Assembly: GCA_043511425.1 (NCBI GenBank)
Contig: CP121331.1
Coordinates: forward strand, 1,894,315-1,958,314
DNA: 64,000 bases
From: Sphingobacteriales bacterium
GTDB lineage: Bacteria; Bacteroidota; Bacteroidia; NS11-12g; UBA9320
Direction of reading: 5' to 3'
Shown here piece by piece: positions 8,291 to 18,499 of the stretch (its first letter is position 1; every line of letters begins with the position of its first letter). Under the pieces are notes generated by a model that was not told the DNA's origin, made no database searches, and saw only the letters and a program-made list of their open reading frames with translations. Both the position numbers and the translations under genes were made by a program.

Positions 8291-8311
8291 TAAAAAACAT
8301 TAGTACCTAAG

Positions 8312-8693
8312 TGAAGATATCAATTAACAAAAATGCCCCAGAAGTTCAATCCAAAGAGACTGAAATCCTTGTGAAACCCGAAAAACTTTGGAAAGTCTTG
8401 TCAGATATAGATAAGTGGTCTAATTAGCATTCGAACATCAAAAACCCACAAACACTCTCAAAGCCTTCTGAAGGAAGTACATTTAAATGGAAAAATAACA
8501 GAAGTAACATCACTTCCACCATTCATACCATAGAACAAAATAGGATGCTAGGCTGGACTGGGAAAAATTTTGCAGCGGATGCAAATCATAATGGGTTTCT
8601 GACACCAACAGAGAATGGTACTAAAGTCAGAACTGAAGAAAGTGTGCAAGGTTTGCTCATGTCCATTACGAAGAAGAAAATAAAAACGATATA
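8312..8693 (+). pseudogene. SRPBCC (polyketide-cyclase/START-like) family gene with an in-frame TAG and a 3' frameshift
   Basis: VKISINKNAPEVQSKETEILVKPEKLWKVLSDIDKWSN*HSNIKNPQTL...EGSTFKWKN. The stop sits where a Trp would be expected. Confidence 0.5.
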
Positions 8694-8815
8694 AACCAAT
8701 AGAAAATCTAATACACGCAGAAATTCTTACCAAAACGTTTGATGATCTACCTCACGGAGTAGGTATTTTTCAAGTTGCGGACTTAAGTGACATTAGAAGC
8801 ATTCAATATGTCTTT

Positions 8816-9765
8816 ATGAATAAGGTTCTTTTATATGAAATGAGAAAAACCCGCGAGGAGGTTTTTGGGAAAAAGATTATAGAAGTAGCACCAGAAGCCT
8901 ATGCTCACGAAGGAGGCTTACAGGTTATTGAAGCTTATAGAAAAGTAGCTACAGACGGTGAAAGTATTAACTTGGGGCTAGTGGAATATTCAAATCACAT
9001 GGTCGCAGGTACATACGAATGCTCCATTCATCCGATCCAAGATAATTACGTATACGTGATGCTCAGGAATGTAACGGAATTAGAACAAACAAAAAATGAA
9101 TTGGAGTTAAGGAATAAGGAACTCAACTAATTTGCCCATATGGTAACCGCTTCGCACTGTTTCTGGTTTTATACAATTAATTGAGACGAAATATCAACAC
9201 AAATTAGATGAGCAAGCGCTCAGATTATTAGGTTTCATATCTAACGCAACAAGTCGGATGAGAACCCTAATAAGCGACCTATTAGATTATGCCAGTATAG
9301 GTTAAGGAAAAGAAATGACTGTAGTAGACTGCAAAAAACTGGTTGAGGTCATACAGGAAGACTTGCAAGCTATAATCAACGATACAGGTGCGACTATTGA
9401 AGTTAGTGAGTTACCCCGGATCAAAGGCTTTCAAACCGAACTACGCCTACTTTTTCAGAATTTAATTAGTAACAGTATTAAATTTAGCAAACCTGGGATA
9501 GCTCCGAAAATCGTACTATCTGCAAAAGAATAGGATGGTTGGACTTTTGCCGTACAGGACAACGGTATCGGCATAGCGGACGAACACATAGATAAAATTT
9601 TTGGTACTTTCCAACGCTTGCACTCTAGAGACCAATATGAAGGGTCAGGCCTTGGACTCGCTCATTGTACGAAAATAGCTGAACTACATAAAGGTAAATT
9701 ATGGATAAAATCTAAAGTTGGAGAAGGGAGCACCTTCTATTTTAGCATGCCAAATCAACTCTAGC
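8816..9765 (+). pseudogene. Sensor histidine kinase (PAS-HisKA-HATPase_c) disrupted by frameshifts and nonsense codons
   Basis: PAS fragment in ORF 8816-9130. HisKA region (FISNATSRMRTLISDLLDYASIG*) lies in another frame. HATPase_c region (LISNSIKFSKPG...[22 protein letters not shown]...GSGLGLAHC) has an in-frame TAG at 9531-9533. Confidence 0.6.
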
Positions 9766-9952
9766 CATTACACACTATAGCCTTCCCTAAAAATCAGACA
9801 GTTTAAAATTTGAACAAGAATTATAAACCAATAGCTACTTATCTTTTGTACCTAAAAACTACACCATACTTCAGCCTTTTAAAGACCTACACCCCCTTTC
9901 GCAAATGCTTCCCGCCTGAAAACTGAGTATAAATTACCAGCGCACTTCACCT

Positions 9953-10082
9953 TTTTAGTCTATACCGTAATCACTGGTTTGAATTATTCCTGTCCTACTA
10001 ATTGGGGTATCATCACACCTAAATTCTTCGATAAGCTGAACCGAGAAGACTTTTGGCAAGGCTCCCAATAGGATGAAGCACG
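9953..10082 (+). pseudogene. Degenerate partial duplicate of the 5' UTR and first ~40 codons of the radical SAM gene at 11312
   Basis: tttagtctataccgtaatca...cacacctaaattcttcgataagctgaaccgagaagacttttggcaaggctcc aligns to 11287-11420 with an internal deletion. Confidence 0.55.
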
Positions 10083-10112
10083 CTGAGTACTACATAGCTA
10101 TTACCTGCACAC

Positions 10113-10146
10113 CAAAAAAAAGCCCTGACAAAAACTGCCAGGGCTA
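10113..10146 (-). terminator. Rho-independent terminator for the 10171-10740 gene
   Basis: Stem AGCCCTG/CAGGGCT with a U-run on the minus strand. Confidence 0.55.
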
Positions 10147-10170
10147 GTACTCTCTTTCAGAAATGACTGC

Positions 10171-10740
10171 TTAGTCCGCTTTTGCTTTTACCTTAAGCGT
10201 TCCGTTAACGGTAATCTCTAAATCAAATTTTGTAGGCCCATTAAGTTTACTATCCATAACATAATTGATAGGACTTCCAAGTTCAAACGACGTTTCCATC
10301 CGATCCAGCTCTCCCTGATCTAAGTCTAACGTAACACCAGTTCTTAGTTGAGCCATAGTATAACGCGCTCCAATACTATCTATTGGGTTCCCTTCGTCCA
10401 CAAAAGAGAAACCGAATTCATCCGCATCATTTACTTCTATTTCATTAGCTAACTTGACCTTAACCTCGTTAATGTCCAAAGATTCTACTCTTTCCTTATA
10501 CTCCGCTATGTCTGCTTGATCAGTAGACATCTTACCCTCTATTTTATAAGAATCTTCTGCATTTGATGAGTCTAAATATCTTTGATACATCTCTTGAGTA
10601 ATATCTACTTTAATGGTGTCTGATTTTGTAATATCCACATCTATGGCTAGCTCCTCTGTACACCCCCCCAAGAAGGCAAACATTAAGGTGAAACTGAATA
10701 CAGCTAAAAGCCCTCTTTTTAGGTTAATTTTGTTAATCAT
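10171..10740 (-). CDS. Acidic lipoprotein, hypothetical
   Basis: Signal peptide and lipobox FLGGC. 189 aa. Confidence 0.55.
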   Translation of the reverse strand: MINKINLKRGLLAVFSFTLMFAFLGGCTEELAIDVDITKSDTIKVDITQEMYQRYLDSSNAEDSYKIEGKMSTDQADIAEYKERVESLDINEVKVKLANEIEVNDADEFGFSFVDEGNPIDSIGARYTMAQLRTGVTLDLDQGELDRMETSFELGSPINYVMDSKLNGPTKFDLEITVNGTLKVKAKAD

Positions 10741-11311
10741 ATCTTAAAATTTTATACGAAAATAGTATAAAAAAAATATAACATACAAATTATTAGTCCG
10801 CTTGTATTCCATTAACCAATGGGACAGTTCTATAATCGCACCACTTGCGTCTTTGAGCTATGGAGTACGTATTTACCTTTTAGTATCCGCAAAAGTGCCA
10901 ATGAACCGGTTTGCTGAACTCTAAAAGAAAAAAAAGAAATAGGTCCACAATTGCTCATCTTTGATTCATTTGCAGCCCAAAGCATTGCTGTCGAGACCAT
11001 TATGGACCATATACCTGCCTTGAACCTATACGAAAAAGTCGGATGTATTGGAAATAGCCACCTGGGAAACCGAGCACAATCTGACCAAGGTTCTGTTAAA
11101 ACGACCATTAAACACATTACCGAATGAGCGAAGAACCAATCCACCGAAGAGTCTAAGAGGCTTTCGTTTTACGAGTTACAGACTTCTATCGTTACCAAAG
11201 TGTCTCCCACGAATTCACGTCCAAGTTTCCGCAGCCTAGCTTAAACACAACTGGGATAGTTGAGAAAAACTTGCACGTTCCACATATTTAGTCTATACTG
11301 TAATCAACGAT

Positions 11312-12394
11312 TTGGATAATACTATTATCATACCGAAAAATGTAAAAGGGCGAGGTGCCTTGGTAAACACACCTAATTCCTTCGATAAGCTGAACAGAGA
11401 GGACTTTTGGGACGGCTCTTATTTTGATGAAGAATTCTTTACCAATACCAACCAAACTTCATACACTACGATATATCCTAAGACCTTAGTCAATAAGGTA
11501 GATAGTCCAGACATCCCATCAGACTGGAGTATGAATCCTTATCAAGGGTGTGAGCATGGATGCGTCTACTGCTACGCTCGTATCACACACGAGTACTGGG
11601 GATATAGTGCAGGCACAGACTTTGAAAAAAATATACTCATCAAAGAAAATGCACCTGAGCTACTTATCAAAAAACTAAAAAGCCGCTCATGGACTGGTCA
11701 GCCTATTATGCTCAGTGGCAATACAGATTGCTACCAACCCGCTGAGCAAAAATTTGAAATTACACGCAAACTACTTCAGGTATGCCTAGATCACAATCAG
11801 CCTGTAGGTATTATCACTAAAAACGCCTTGGTATGTAGAGATATAGATATCTTGAAAAAGCTAGCCGCTAAGAACCTAGTGCAAGTACACATCTCTATCA
11901 CCACACTGGACGAAGAGCTTCGCAGAACTATGGAGCCACGCACCTCCAGCACTCATAAAAGACTAAAGACTATTGAGAAACTGAGTGCTCATAATATCCC
12001 CGTGCACGTAATGCTAGCACCTATCATTCCCGGACTTAACAGTGACGAAATCTTTGATATCTGCGAAGCCGTGAGTAAAGCTGGGGCTAAATCACTAGGC
12101 CATACCATGGTACGGCTAAATGGAGCTATCGCACTACTCTTCGAAGATTGGATACAAAAAACCTTCCCCCTAAAAGCTACACGGGTGATGAATCTAATCT
12201 CAACGACCCAAGGTGGCAAGCTTGGAAATAGCACTTTTGGTGAACGCCTGAGAGGGGTAGGCACCATGGCAGTATCCATTAATGAGCAGGTAAGATTAGC
12301 CAAGAAAAAAAACGGATTAGCCCTAAAACCAAAACCGCTAAACACCGCTGTATACCAATCTGCTCCCTCTACTCAACTCAACCTGTTTGTTTAA
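11312..12394 (+). CDS. Radical SAM protein, SPL/PA0069-like family
   Basis: CEHGCVYCYAR CxxxCxxC cluster motif. About 360 aa. Confidence 0.7.
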   Translation: MDNTIIIPKNVKGRGALVNTPNSFDKLNREDFWDGSYFDEEFFTNTNQTSYTTIYPKTLVNKVDSPDIPSDWSMNPYQGCEHGCVYCYARITHEYWGYSAGTDFEKNILIKENAPELLIKKLKSRSWTGQPIMLSGNTDCYQPAEQKFEITRKLLQVCLDHNQPVGIITKNALVCRDIDILKKLAAKNLVQVHISITTLDEELRRTMEPRTSSTHKRLKTIEKLSAHNIPVHVMLAPIIPGLNSDEIFDICEAVSKAGAKSLGHTMVRLNGAIALLFEDWIQKTFPLKATRVMNLISTTQGGKLGNSTFGERLRGVGTMAVSINEQVRLAKKKNGLALKPKPLNTAVYQSAPSTQLNLFV

Positions 12395-12422
12395 TGGACA
12401 CATTTTGCTATACCTTTGCTAG

Positions 12423-12791
12423 ATGGAGCCAAAGGAATGCTTGCATTGTGGAAAGGAGTTAATAGGCCGAGCAGACAAGAAATTTTGCGATAACCAATGC
12501 CGCAATGAGTATAACAATACACATAACAGCATTTCCAATAATTACATACGCTTAGTAAACCGAATCATTAAAAAAAATAGAAATATCCTAGAAGCACTGT
12601 GCCCACAAGATAAATCTATAAAAGTTCCTAAAAAAGAATTGACCAAACTCGGCTTCAGCTTTGAATACTTCACGAATACCTATACGACCAAAGCAGAAAA
12701 AACCTACTATTTCTGCTACGAATATGGCTATCTGAACTTGGGAAATGATTACTTTGCTTTAGTTTACAATCAAAAGGCCTTAAACGAATGA
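12423..12791 (+). CDS. Zinc-ribbon-containing hypothetical protein
   Basis: CLHCG...CDNQCRN four-Cys N-terminus. Confidence 0.45.
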   Translation: MEPKECLHCGKELIGRADKKFCDNQCRNEYNNTHNSISNNYIRLVNRIIKKNRNILEALCPQDKSIKVPKKELTKLGFSFEYFTNTYTTKAEKTYYFCYEYGYLNLGNDYFALVYNQKALNE

Positions 12792-13627
12792 AGCTAAAAG
12801 ACGTACTCGGAGCAGAACTCTGGAAAATTAGCGATAACGCCGCAGTGACTGTGGGCAGTCTGCTGTACATTATAGGTGCTGCAGTCGTAATCTGGTTTAC
12901 CTACCGATGGACCAAAAAACTTGCTCGCAAAGCTGTACAAGCAGGTCGACTGGATACTGGACGGGAGTTTGCCATTATTCGGATATCGAAGTACTTATAC
13001 ATCATCCTTTTTGCGATAATCGCCCTACTCGCTTTGAATGTAAACTGGACCGGTTTCTTAGCACTTACCCCCCTGCTTATTGGTATTGGTCTTGGTCTCC
13101 AACAAGTAGCCAATGACATCGTATCTGGAGTTATTCTCCTAGTAGAACCCTCCATACGTGTAAATGATGTGGTAGAAGTAGATACCATCGTAGCTCGTGT
13201 GACGGAAATAGGACTGCGGACCTCTATAGTAGAAACAAGAGACGGTATCGCCATGATTATACCCAACCACAAGCTGGTGAGTGAAAACCTAATCAACTGG
13301 AGTTCCAATGATACCGCTACGCGTTTTAGTATAAAAGTAGGAGTAGCCTATGGCAGTGATGTGAAACTAGTAGAAAAACTATTATCCGAAACCGCTTGGA
13401 AACACAGCAAGGTAATTACAAACCCTGCTCCACTTATTCTGTTTAAAGATTTTGGCGAATCCAGTCTAGATTTTGAATTGATATTTTGGACCAATCAACT
13501 TTTTGTTATCGAACAAGTCAAAAGTGAATTGAGGTTTATGATAGATGACGTCTTCCGTGAGCACAACATTCAGATTCCATTCCCTCAGCGAGATTTACAT
13601 ATAAAATCAGGATATAAGAATCCATAA
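12788..13627 (+). CDS. Mechanosensitive ion channel, MscS family
   Basis: TM segments followed by a beta-domain (IIPNHKLVSENLINWS ... LDFELIFW). ATGA overlap with the upstream gene. Confidence 0.7.
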   Translation: MKLKDVLGAELWKISDNAAVTVGSLLYIIGAAVVIWFTYRWTKKLARKAVQAGRLDTGREFAIIRISKYLYIILFAIIALLALNVNWTGFLALTPLLIGIGLGLQQVANDIVSGVILLVEPSIRVNDVVEVDTIVARVTEIGLRTSIVETRDGIAMIIPNHKLVSENLINWSSNDTATRFSIKVGVAYGSDVKLVEKLLSETAWKHSKVITNPAPLILFKDFGESSLDFELIFWTNQLFVIEQVKSELRFMIDDVFREHNIQIPFPQRDLHIKSGYKNP

Positions 13628-13642
13628 TCCCTTTCTCTTAAA

Positions 13643-14752
13643 GTGAAGAAGCGATCTTGTACCCATACACTAGCAATCGTCCTAGTCACGTGGATGCTCG
13701 GTGCATGTAAAGATCAGCATACTTTACCCGTTTCTGAGGAGAAACCGACGTCCAACACTTTCTACTTTCCTCCCATCTCAGGCGAGTGGGAAACCACAGA
13801 CCCTTCCACATTAGGATGGAACCAAAAGAATATTGACCTGCTCTATACGAACTTACAAAACAATGATACGCGGGCTTTCATCGTACTCAAGGACGGGAAA
13901 ATTGTACTGGAAAAATACTGGGGCAAGACCCTCTTAGGCAACGCAGATTTTGATACTAGTAAAGCGTGGTACTGGGCATCAGCCGCTAAAACCCTCACCG
14001 CATTTACAGTAGGTAAGGCGGAAGAAGATGGGCACCTCAAACTAACCGACAAGACTTCTGACTACTTGGGTGAAAACTGGACCAGCCTAACCCAGGAACA
14101 GCAAGATAAAATCACTGTTTGGCACCAATTGACGATGACGTCTGGACTAGATGACGTAAGAGCGGATGACACCTCCGCTGCCAGCCTAGTGTACAAAGCC
14201 GATGCCGGCACCCGCTGGGCCTACCACAACGCTCCATATACCCTGCTGGAAAAAGTAGTAGAAAATGCCACTAATCAGGACTACAATACTTACTTCAATA
14301 GCGTACTACAAGATAAGATAGGTATGACCGGATACTGGCAGTGGAGTGGAGTACTTCACCTCTATCTTAGTACTGCTAGATCTGCCGCTCGATTTGGTCT
14401 CTTGATGCAGAACCAAGGAAACTGGGACGGTGAGCAATTGCTGAACCAAGAGTTTGTAAATGCAGCTATTACCAAGTCTCAAGAAATCAATAAAGCGTAC
14501 GGATACCTCTGGTGGCTGAATGGAAGCGAATCTTACCATATACCGCAGTCTCAGATAGAGTTTCCTGGGATGTTCCTTCCAGACGCTCCGGCAGATGTAT
14601 ATTCCGCTATGGGTAAAAATGGCCAGTATGTAAGCATCTCCCCGTCCACTGGACTAGTAATCATTCGGATGGGCGATAGTCCAGATAATGCATTAGTTCC
14701 CTTCCTATATCTCAATGATATCTGGGAAATGATGGATGCCGTGATGAATTAG
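13643..14752 (+). CDS. Serine hydrolase / beta-lactamase-family lipoprotein
   Basis: SAAK (SxxK) motif and YHN motif. Lipobox LGAC. GTG start. Confidence 0.55.
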   Translation: MKKRSCTHTLAIVLVTWMLGACKDQHTLPVSEEKPTSNTFYFPPISGEWETTDPSTLGWNQKNIDLLYTNLQNNDTRAFIVLKDGKIVLEKYWGKTLLGNADFDTSKAWYWASAAKTLTAFTVGKAEEDGHLKLTDKTSDYLGENWTSLTQEQQDKITVWHQLTMTSGLDDVRADDTSAASLVYKADAGTRWAYHNAPYTLLEKVVENATNQDYNTYFNSVLQDKIGMTGYWQWSGVLHLYLSTARSAARFGLLMQNQGNWDGEQLLNQEFVNAAITKSQEINKAYGYLWWLNGSESYHIPQSQIEFPGMFLPDAPADVYSAMGKNGQYVSISPSTGLVIIRMGDSPDNALVPFLYLNDIWEMMDAVMN

Positions 14753-15747
14753 CTTTTCTCCAAACAGAACAAGTACTCGAGGGTCTCGGTAGCTACGTGA
14801 TTCCTATTCTCCGTCTTATCCGCTTTGAAGCGTTGGTATGCCTGTGTTTTAAGCTCCACTCTGCCATACTTCGCTAAGATTTCTGTGATCTCCTGATGGG
14901 TCATCAGGCCCTCGTTGTTATAACTCAAGAATACATACGTAAACTCTGCATCATGGATGAGCTCTTCAAAACTTTCTTTTACTGATGACTTACTGCAGTA
15001 CGCAGATCGATTATACGCTGGGAGACCGGTCACCCCTTTCGGTTCAAAATCCTCGTAAGCAGCAATTGTATTCAAGATATGGTAATTGCTCCCATATTGC
15101 CGTGCATTGTACGGAGGATCTAGGTACAGAATATCACCTTTGATCGTTTTTACGAGCTCATTTGCATCCCGTTGATATACCTGATGGCTAGCCGAAGTAA
15201 CCTCAAATTCAGCAGGTAGTATCTTTAAATCTGCTGAAGCTGTTTTCTTAATATGCTTGAGGTAGGCACCATACACAGATGCGGTATTTGCTACTTTGTC
15301 CGCACTCTCTAACAAGGTCGCTAACAGATAATAATAGACGTCTTCTTCTATATGCCCAGCCTCTTTCCAAGCTTCTATTTGCCTGCGCATGGCATCTATA
15401 CGCTTTCCATTATCGTCCTTAAAATAATTGCGGTCACCGTGACCACCGCGGCAGTAATTTCCGTAAATAAACCCTTCTTCACCTTCCAGTACATGTAGTT
15501 CTTCTAGCCACTTGGATGCATCAGTTTTTTTGTGGTTCCCAATATAGTTGCGGTTGAGCACGTAGCTGTAATATTCCAAGTCATTGGCAATGATAGATTT
15601 CGCTTTAGTCTTAAAATATCGACCTACAGCACCGGTGCCTGCAAAAAGATCACAGAACACTTTGTCCGAAATAGGACCATGTATATATTCTTGAATGGAC
15701 TTCTCTAAAAAAGGAAGCAGACGGTATTTGGAGCCTATATAATTCAA
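14749..15747 (-). CDS. Dam-family (D12 class) N6-adenine DNA methyltransferase, orphan
   Basis: NYIGSKYRLLP N-terminus, FAGTGAVG SAM-binding motif and DPPY catalytic motif. No endonuclease gene adjacent. Confidence 0.7.
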   Translation of the reverse strand: MNYIGSKYRLLPFLEKSIQEYIHGPISDKVFCDLFAGTGAVGRYFKTKAKSIIANDLEYYSYVLNRNYIGNHKKTDASKWLEELHVLEGEEGFIYGNYCRGGHGDRNYFKDDNGKRIDAMRRQIEAWKEAGHIEEDVYYYLLATLLESADKVANTASVYGAYLKHIKKTASADLKILPAEFEVTSASHQVYQRDANELVKTIKGDILYLDPPYNARQYGSNYHILNTIAAYEDFEPKGVTGLPAYNRSAYCSKSSVKESFEELIHDAEFTYVFLSYNNEGLMTHQEITEILAKYGRVELKTQAYQRFKADKTENRNHVATETLEYLFCLEKS

Positions 15748-15749
15748 TC

Positions 15750-16361
15750 CTACTTATCTAACCGATAGACTACCCCAGCGGTAAACAGTCTATTAAACCA
15801 CCCTGCCCTACCAAAAACTGTGGGACTGTTGATCACAATCGGGAAGTCACGTACTGAAAGTAACGAGTACGAGTGTCGCAGGTCTAAACCGATTTTATCT
15901 GTAAGGTGATACGTAGCTCCCAAGTGAAAACCAACCTCCGTAGGGTTGAGTTTTTCCTCTTTGGTAATTATTGTATTCTCATCTCGCTGGTTAAATACAT
16001 TAACACCAAGCGATACTCCTCCGTACGGTGTAAAGCGCTCATAGTGCGTATATTTTATGAGTAGTGGCACCTCTATGTAATGATAACTGAGCTTTAAGGT
16101 AAACGTAGGTGGTGCTTCTGGATCTATGACTTTCTTGGCCCCTTTCATACTAAAGCGTATCTCAAAAGCTGCATCCCAATCATCTCTGATATTCCTATCT
16201 ATCTGAATTCCTAGATTAGCGCCTAACTTATTATACCCACCTAATTGATCTCCATCCACCTGACTAAAGTTAGCTCCAGCAAGTAACGATGCTCCAAATC
16301 CCTGAGCAAATAGTGACGCGCTGCACCCCAATAAGACCCATAGCAAAACTATTTTTTTCAT
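15750..16361 (-). CDS. Outer-membrane beta-barrel (porin-family) protein
   Basis: Signal peptide and beta-strand periodicity typical of Bacteroidetes OMP_b-brl proteins. Confidence 0.5.
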   Translation of the reverse strand: MKKIVLLWVLLGCSASLFAQGFGASLLAGANFSQVDGDQLGGYNKLGANLGIQIDRNIRDDWDAAFEIRFSMKGAKKVIDPEAPPTFTLKLSYHYIEVPLLIKYTHYERFTPYGGVSLGVNVFNQRDENTIITKEEKLNPTEVGFHLGATYHLTDKIGLDLRHSYSLLSVRDFPIVINSPTVFGRAGWFNRLFTAGVVYRLDK

Positions 16362-16383
16362 TTCGCATCAAAAATAGATAAAC

Positions 16384-16755
16384 TTGCATACACAAAACGC
16401 TACAATGAGCAGAAAAAATAAAGACATAGCCGGATTTCAAATCCTAAATATACTCGCTGAAGTAGATGGAGTTTTTGATGCAAGTGAAGGAAAAGTAATC
16501 ATTGACTACGTGAGTCAGAATTTTCCATTCGGAGGCAATCTAGAATCTGCCACCGAAGAACTCAGCACTACAGCGCAAGATGATTACCCTATTTTACTTC
16601 AGAAATGTGCTGAAGATTTCTATGCTGACTCTACAGATAAAGAGCGACTAGAACTCATAGACTTTGCCATTAAACTTATAAAAGCAGATGATAAAATAGA
16701 CGATCAAGAAAATCTATTACTCAATAAGCTCTACCAGTACTGGGACATCGTGTAA
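16384..16755 (+). CDS. TerB-like (tellurite-resistance TerB / DjlA-N-like) small protein
   Basis: ILNILAEVDGVFDASEGKVIIDYV pattern. Acidic C-terminus. Confidence 0.3.
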   Translation: MHTQNATMSRKNKDIAGFQILNILAEVDGVFDASEGKVIIDYVSQNFPFGGNLESATEELSTTAQDDYPILLQKCAEDFYADSTDKERLELIDFAIKLIKADDKIDDQENLLLNKLYQYWDIV

Positions 16756-16786
16756 GAACTGTCTTTAGACCGCAATACAACGTATT

Positions 16787-16824
16787 AAAAAGCCCGATAA
16801 TCTTTCGATTATCGGGCTTTTTAT
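16787..16824. terminator. Bidirectional rho-independent terminator (AGCCCGATAAT-n-ATTATCGGGCT flanked by A- and T-runs)
   Basis: Sits between the convergent genes ending at 16755 and 16849. Confidence 0.6.
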
Positions 16825-16848
16825 AGTTATACCAATGAAGCTATATAG

Positions 16849-18390
16849 TTACAAGTCAAACTTAATCCCTTGAGCTAACGGCAAACTTTTACCATAATTT
16901 ATCGTCGTGGTCTGTCTGCGCATGTAGACTTTCCATGCATCAGAACCGCTCTCACGACCTCCGCCTGTTTCTTTCTCTCCACCAAAGGCTCCACCTATCT
17001 CAGCACCACTGGTTCCTATATTTACATTAGCGATACCACAGTCACTGCCTAAAGCACTAAGAAATGCTTCTGCTTCCTGCAGACTATCTGTGAATATAGC
17101 AGAACTCAATCCTTGCTTCACATCATTTTGCATAAGAATAGCTTCGTCCAATGTCTTAAACGGAATGAGATATACAATAGGAGCAAAAGTCTCTTCCTGT
17201 ACGATGTCAAAATGATTGCGTGCTTCAGCGATACAAGGTCTTACGTAGCAACCGCTCTCGTATCCTTTGCCGCTCAGCACCTCACCACCTACAAGTATTT
17301 GTCCGCCTTCTTCTTCTACTGCACGCACTGCACGTTCAAAAGCCGCTACTGCATCTTTATCGATCAATAGCCCTACGTGGTTCTTTTCGTCTAGTGGGTC
17401 ACCTATTCTAAGCTGTCCATAGGCGTTCACCATCTTTTTCTTAAAGTCTTCAAAAACCGTCTCTTGGATTAAGATTCTGCGGGTACTTGTACACCGCTGA
17501 CCGGCGGTACCTACTGCACCAAATACAGCTGCTACTAATGCATTATCAAAGTTTGCCTTTTCGCTAATAATCATCGCATTGTTCCCTCCAAGCTCAAGCA
17601 AAGACTTGCCCAAACGAGCTCCTACCACTTGACTTACTCTGCGTCCCATGCGGGTGCTTCCTGTAGCACTTATAAGCGGAACACGCTTATCTTTGGCCAT
17701 CGCCTCTCCTATCTTATAGTCCCCTATCACTAGGTTAAAGAGTCCTTCTGGAAGGTCATTTTCTATAATTACTTCCTGCATTAGATTATGACAAGCAACT
17801 GCTGTGAGCGGAGTTTTTTCACTTGGTTTCCATATCGTAACATCACCACATACTGCAGCTATCATACTGTTCCACGCCCATACCGCCACAGGAAAATTGA
17901 AAGCAGATATCACACCTACTAAACCGATAGGATGCCACTGCTCATACATTCTGTGCTCCGGGCGCTCACTGTGCATCGTCAGTCCGTATAGCTGACGGCT
18001 AAGTCCTACAGCAAAATCACAGATATCTATCATCTCCTGCACCTCGCCTAATCCCTCTTGGTAGCTTTTACCCATTTCTAGACTAACTAGCTTACCCAGA
18101 TCATTTTTACGTTGGCGCAGTTTTTCTCCGTACTGACGCACTATTTCTCCACGTTGAGGAGCAGGCACTTTTTTCCAATAAGCAGCTGCTTCTTGCGCCA
18201 TTTTTACCACATGTTCGTACTCACTGTGGCTTGCATACACTGCTTCTCCTAGTTTCTCACCCGTCACCGGAGTAAAAACCTCTATAGTCTCAGTGCCCAG
18301 TGAAGTGATCCACTCCCTACCTGTGCATATACTCTCATTTTTTGCCTTAATGCCTAAGTCCGTTAATAGTTCCTGTGTTGTTTTTGCCAT
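16849..18390 (-). CDS. Aldehyde dehydrogenase, ALDH7 / piperideine-6-carboxylate dehydrogenase-like
   Basis: ELGGNNA motif and catalytic Cys context. The N-terminus resembles antiquitin-type ALDH. Confidence 0.75.
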   Translation of the reverse strand: MAKTTQELLTDLGIKAKNESICTGREWITSLGTETIEVFTPVTGEKLGEAVYASHSEYEHVVKMAQEAAAYWKKVPAPQRGEIVRQYGEKLRQRKNDLGKLVSLEMGKSYQEGLGEVQEMIDICDFAVGLSRQLYGLTMHSERPEHRMYEQWHPIGLVGVISAFNFPVAVWAWNSMIAAVCGDVTIWKPSEKTPLTAVACHNLMQEVIIENDLPEGLFNLVIGDYKIGEAMAKDKRVPLISATGSTRMGRRVSQVVGARLGKSLLELGGNNAMIISEKANFDNALVAAVFGAVGTAGQRCTSTRRILIQETVFEDFKKKMVNAYGQLRIGDPLDEKNHVGLLIDKDAVAAFERAVRAVEEEGGQILVGGEVLSGKGYESGCYVRPCIAEARNHFDIVQEETFAPIVYLIPFKTLDEAILMQNDVKQGLSSAIFTDSLQEAEAFLSALGSDCGIANVNIGTSGAEIGGAFGGEKETGGGRESGSDAWKVYMRRQTTTINYGKSLPLAQGIKFDL

Positions 18391-18499
18391 ATGATAATCG
18401 TTGCGTTGCGAAGGTACGCAAATGGGTCAAAGGCTAAAAGAAGAAAGGTAAAAGGTTTATAACCGAATAACGTTCGTAAACATTCCATACTTTTGTCAT

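Noticed and set aside
10830-11239. Track ORFs 10830-11144 (-) and 11048-11239 (+)
   Set aside because: Implausible W/C-rich composition and no recognisable family. They overlap each other on opposite strands in a block better explained as noncoding.
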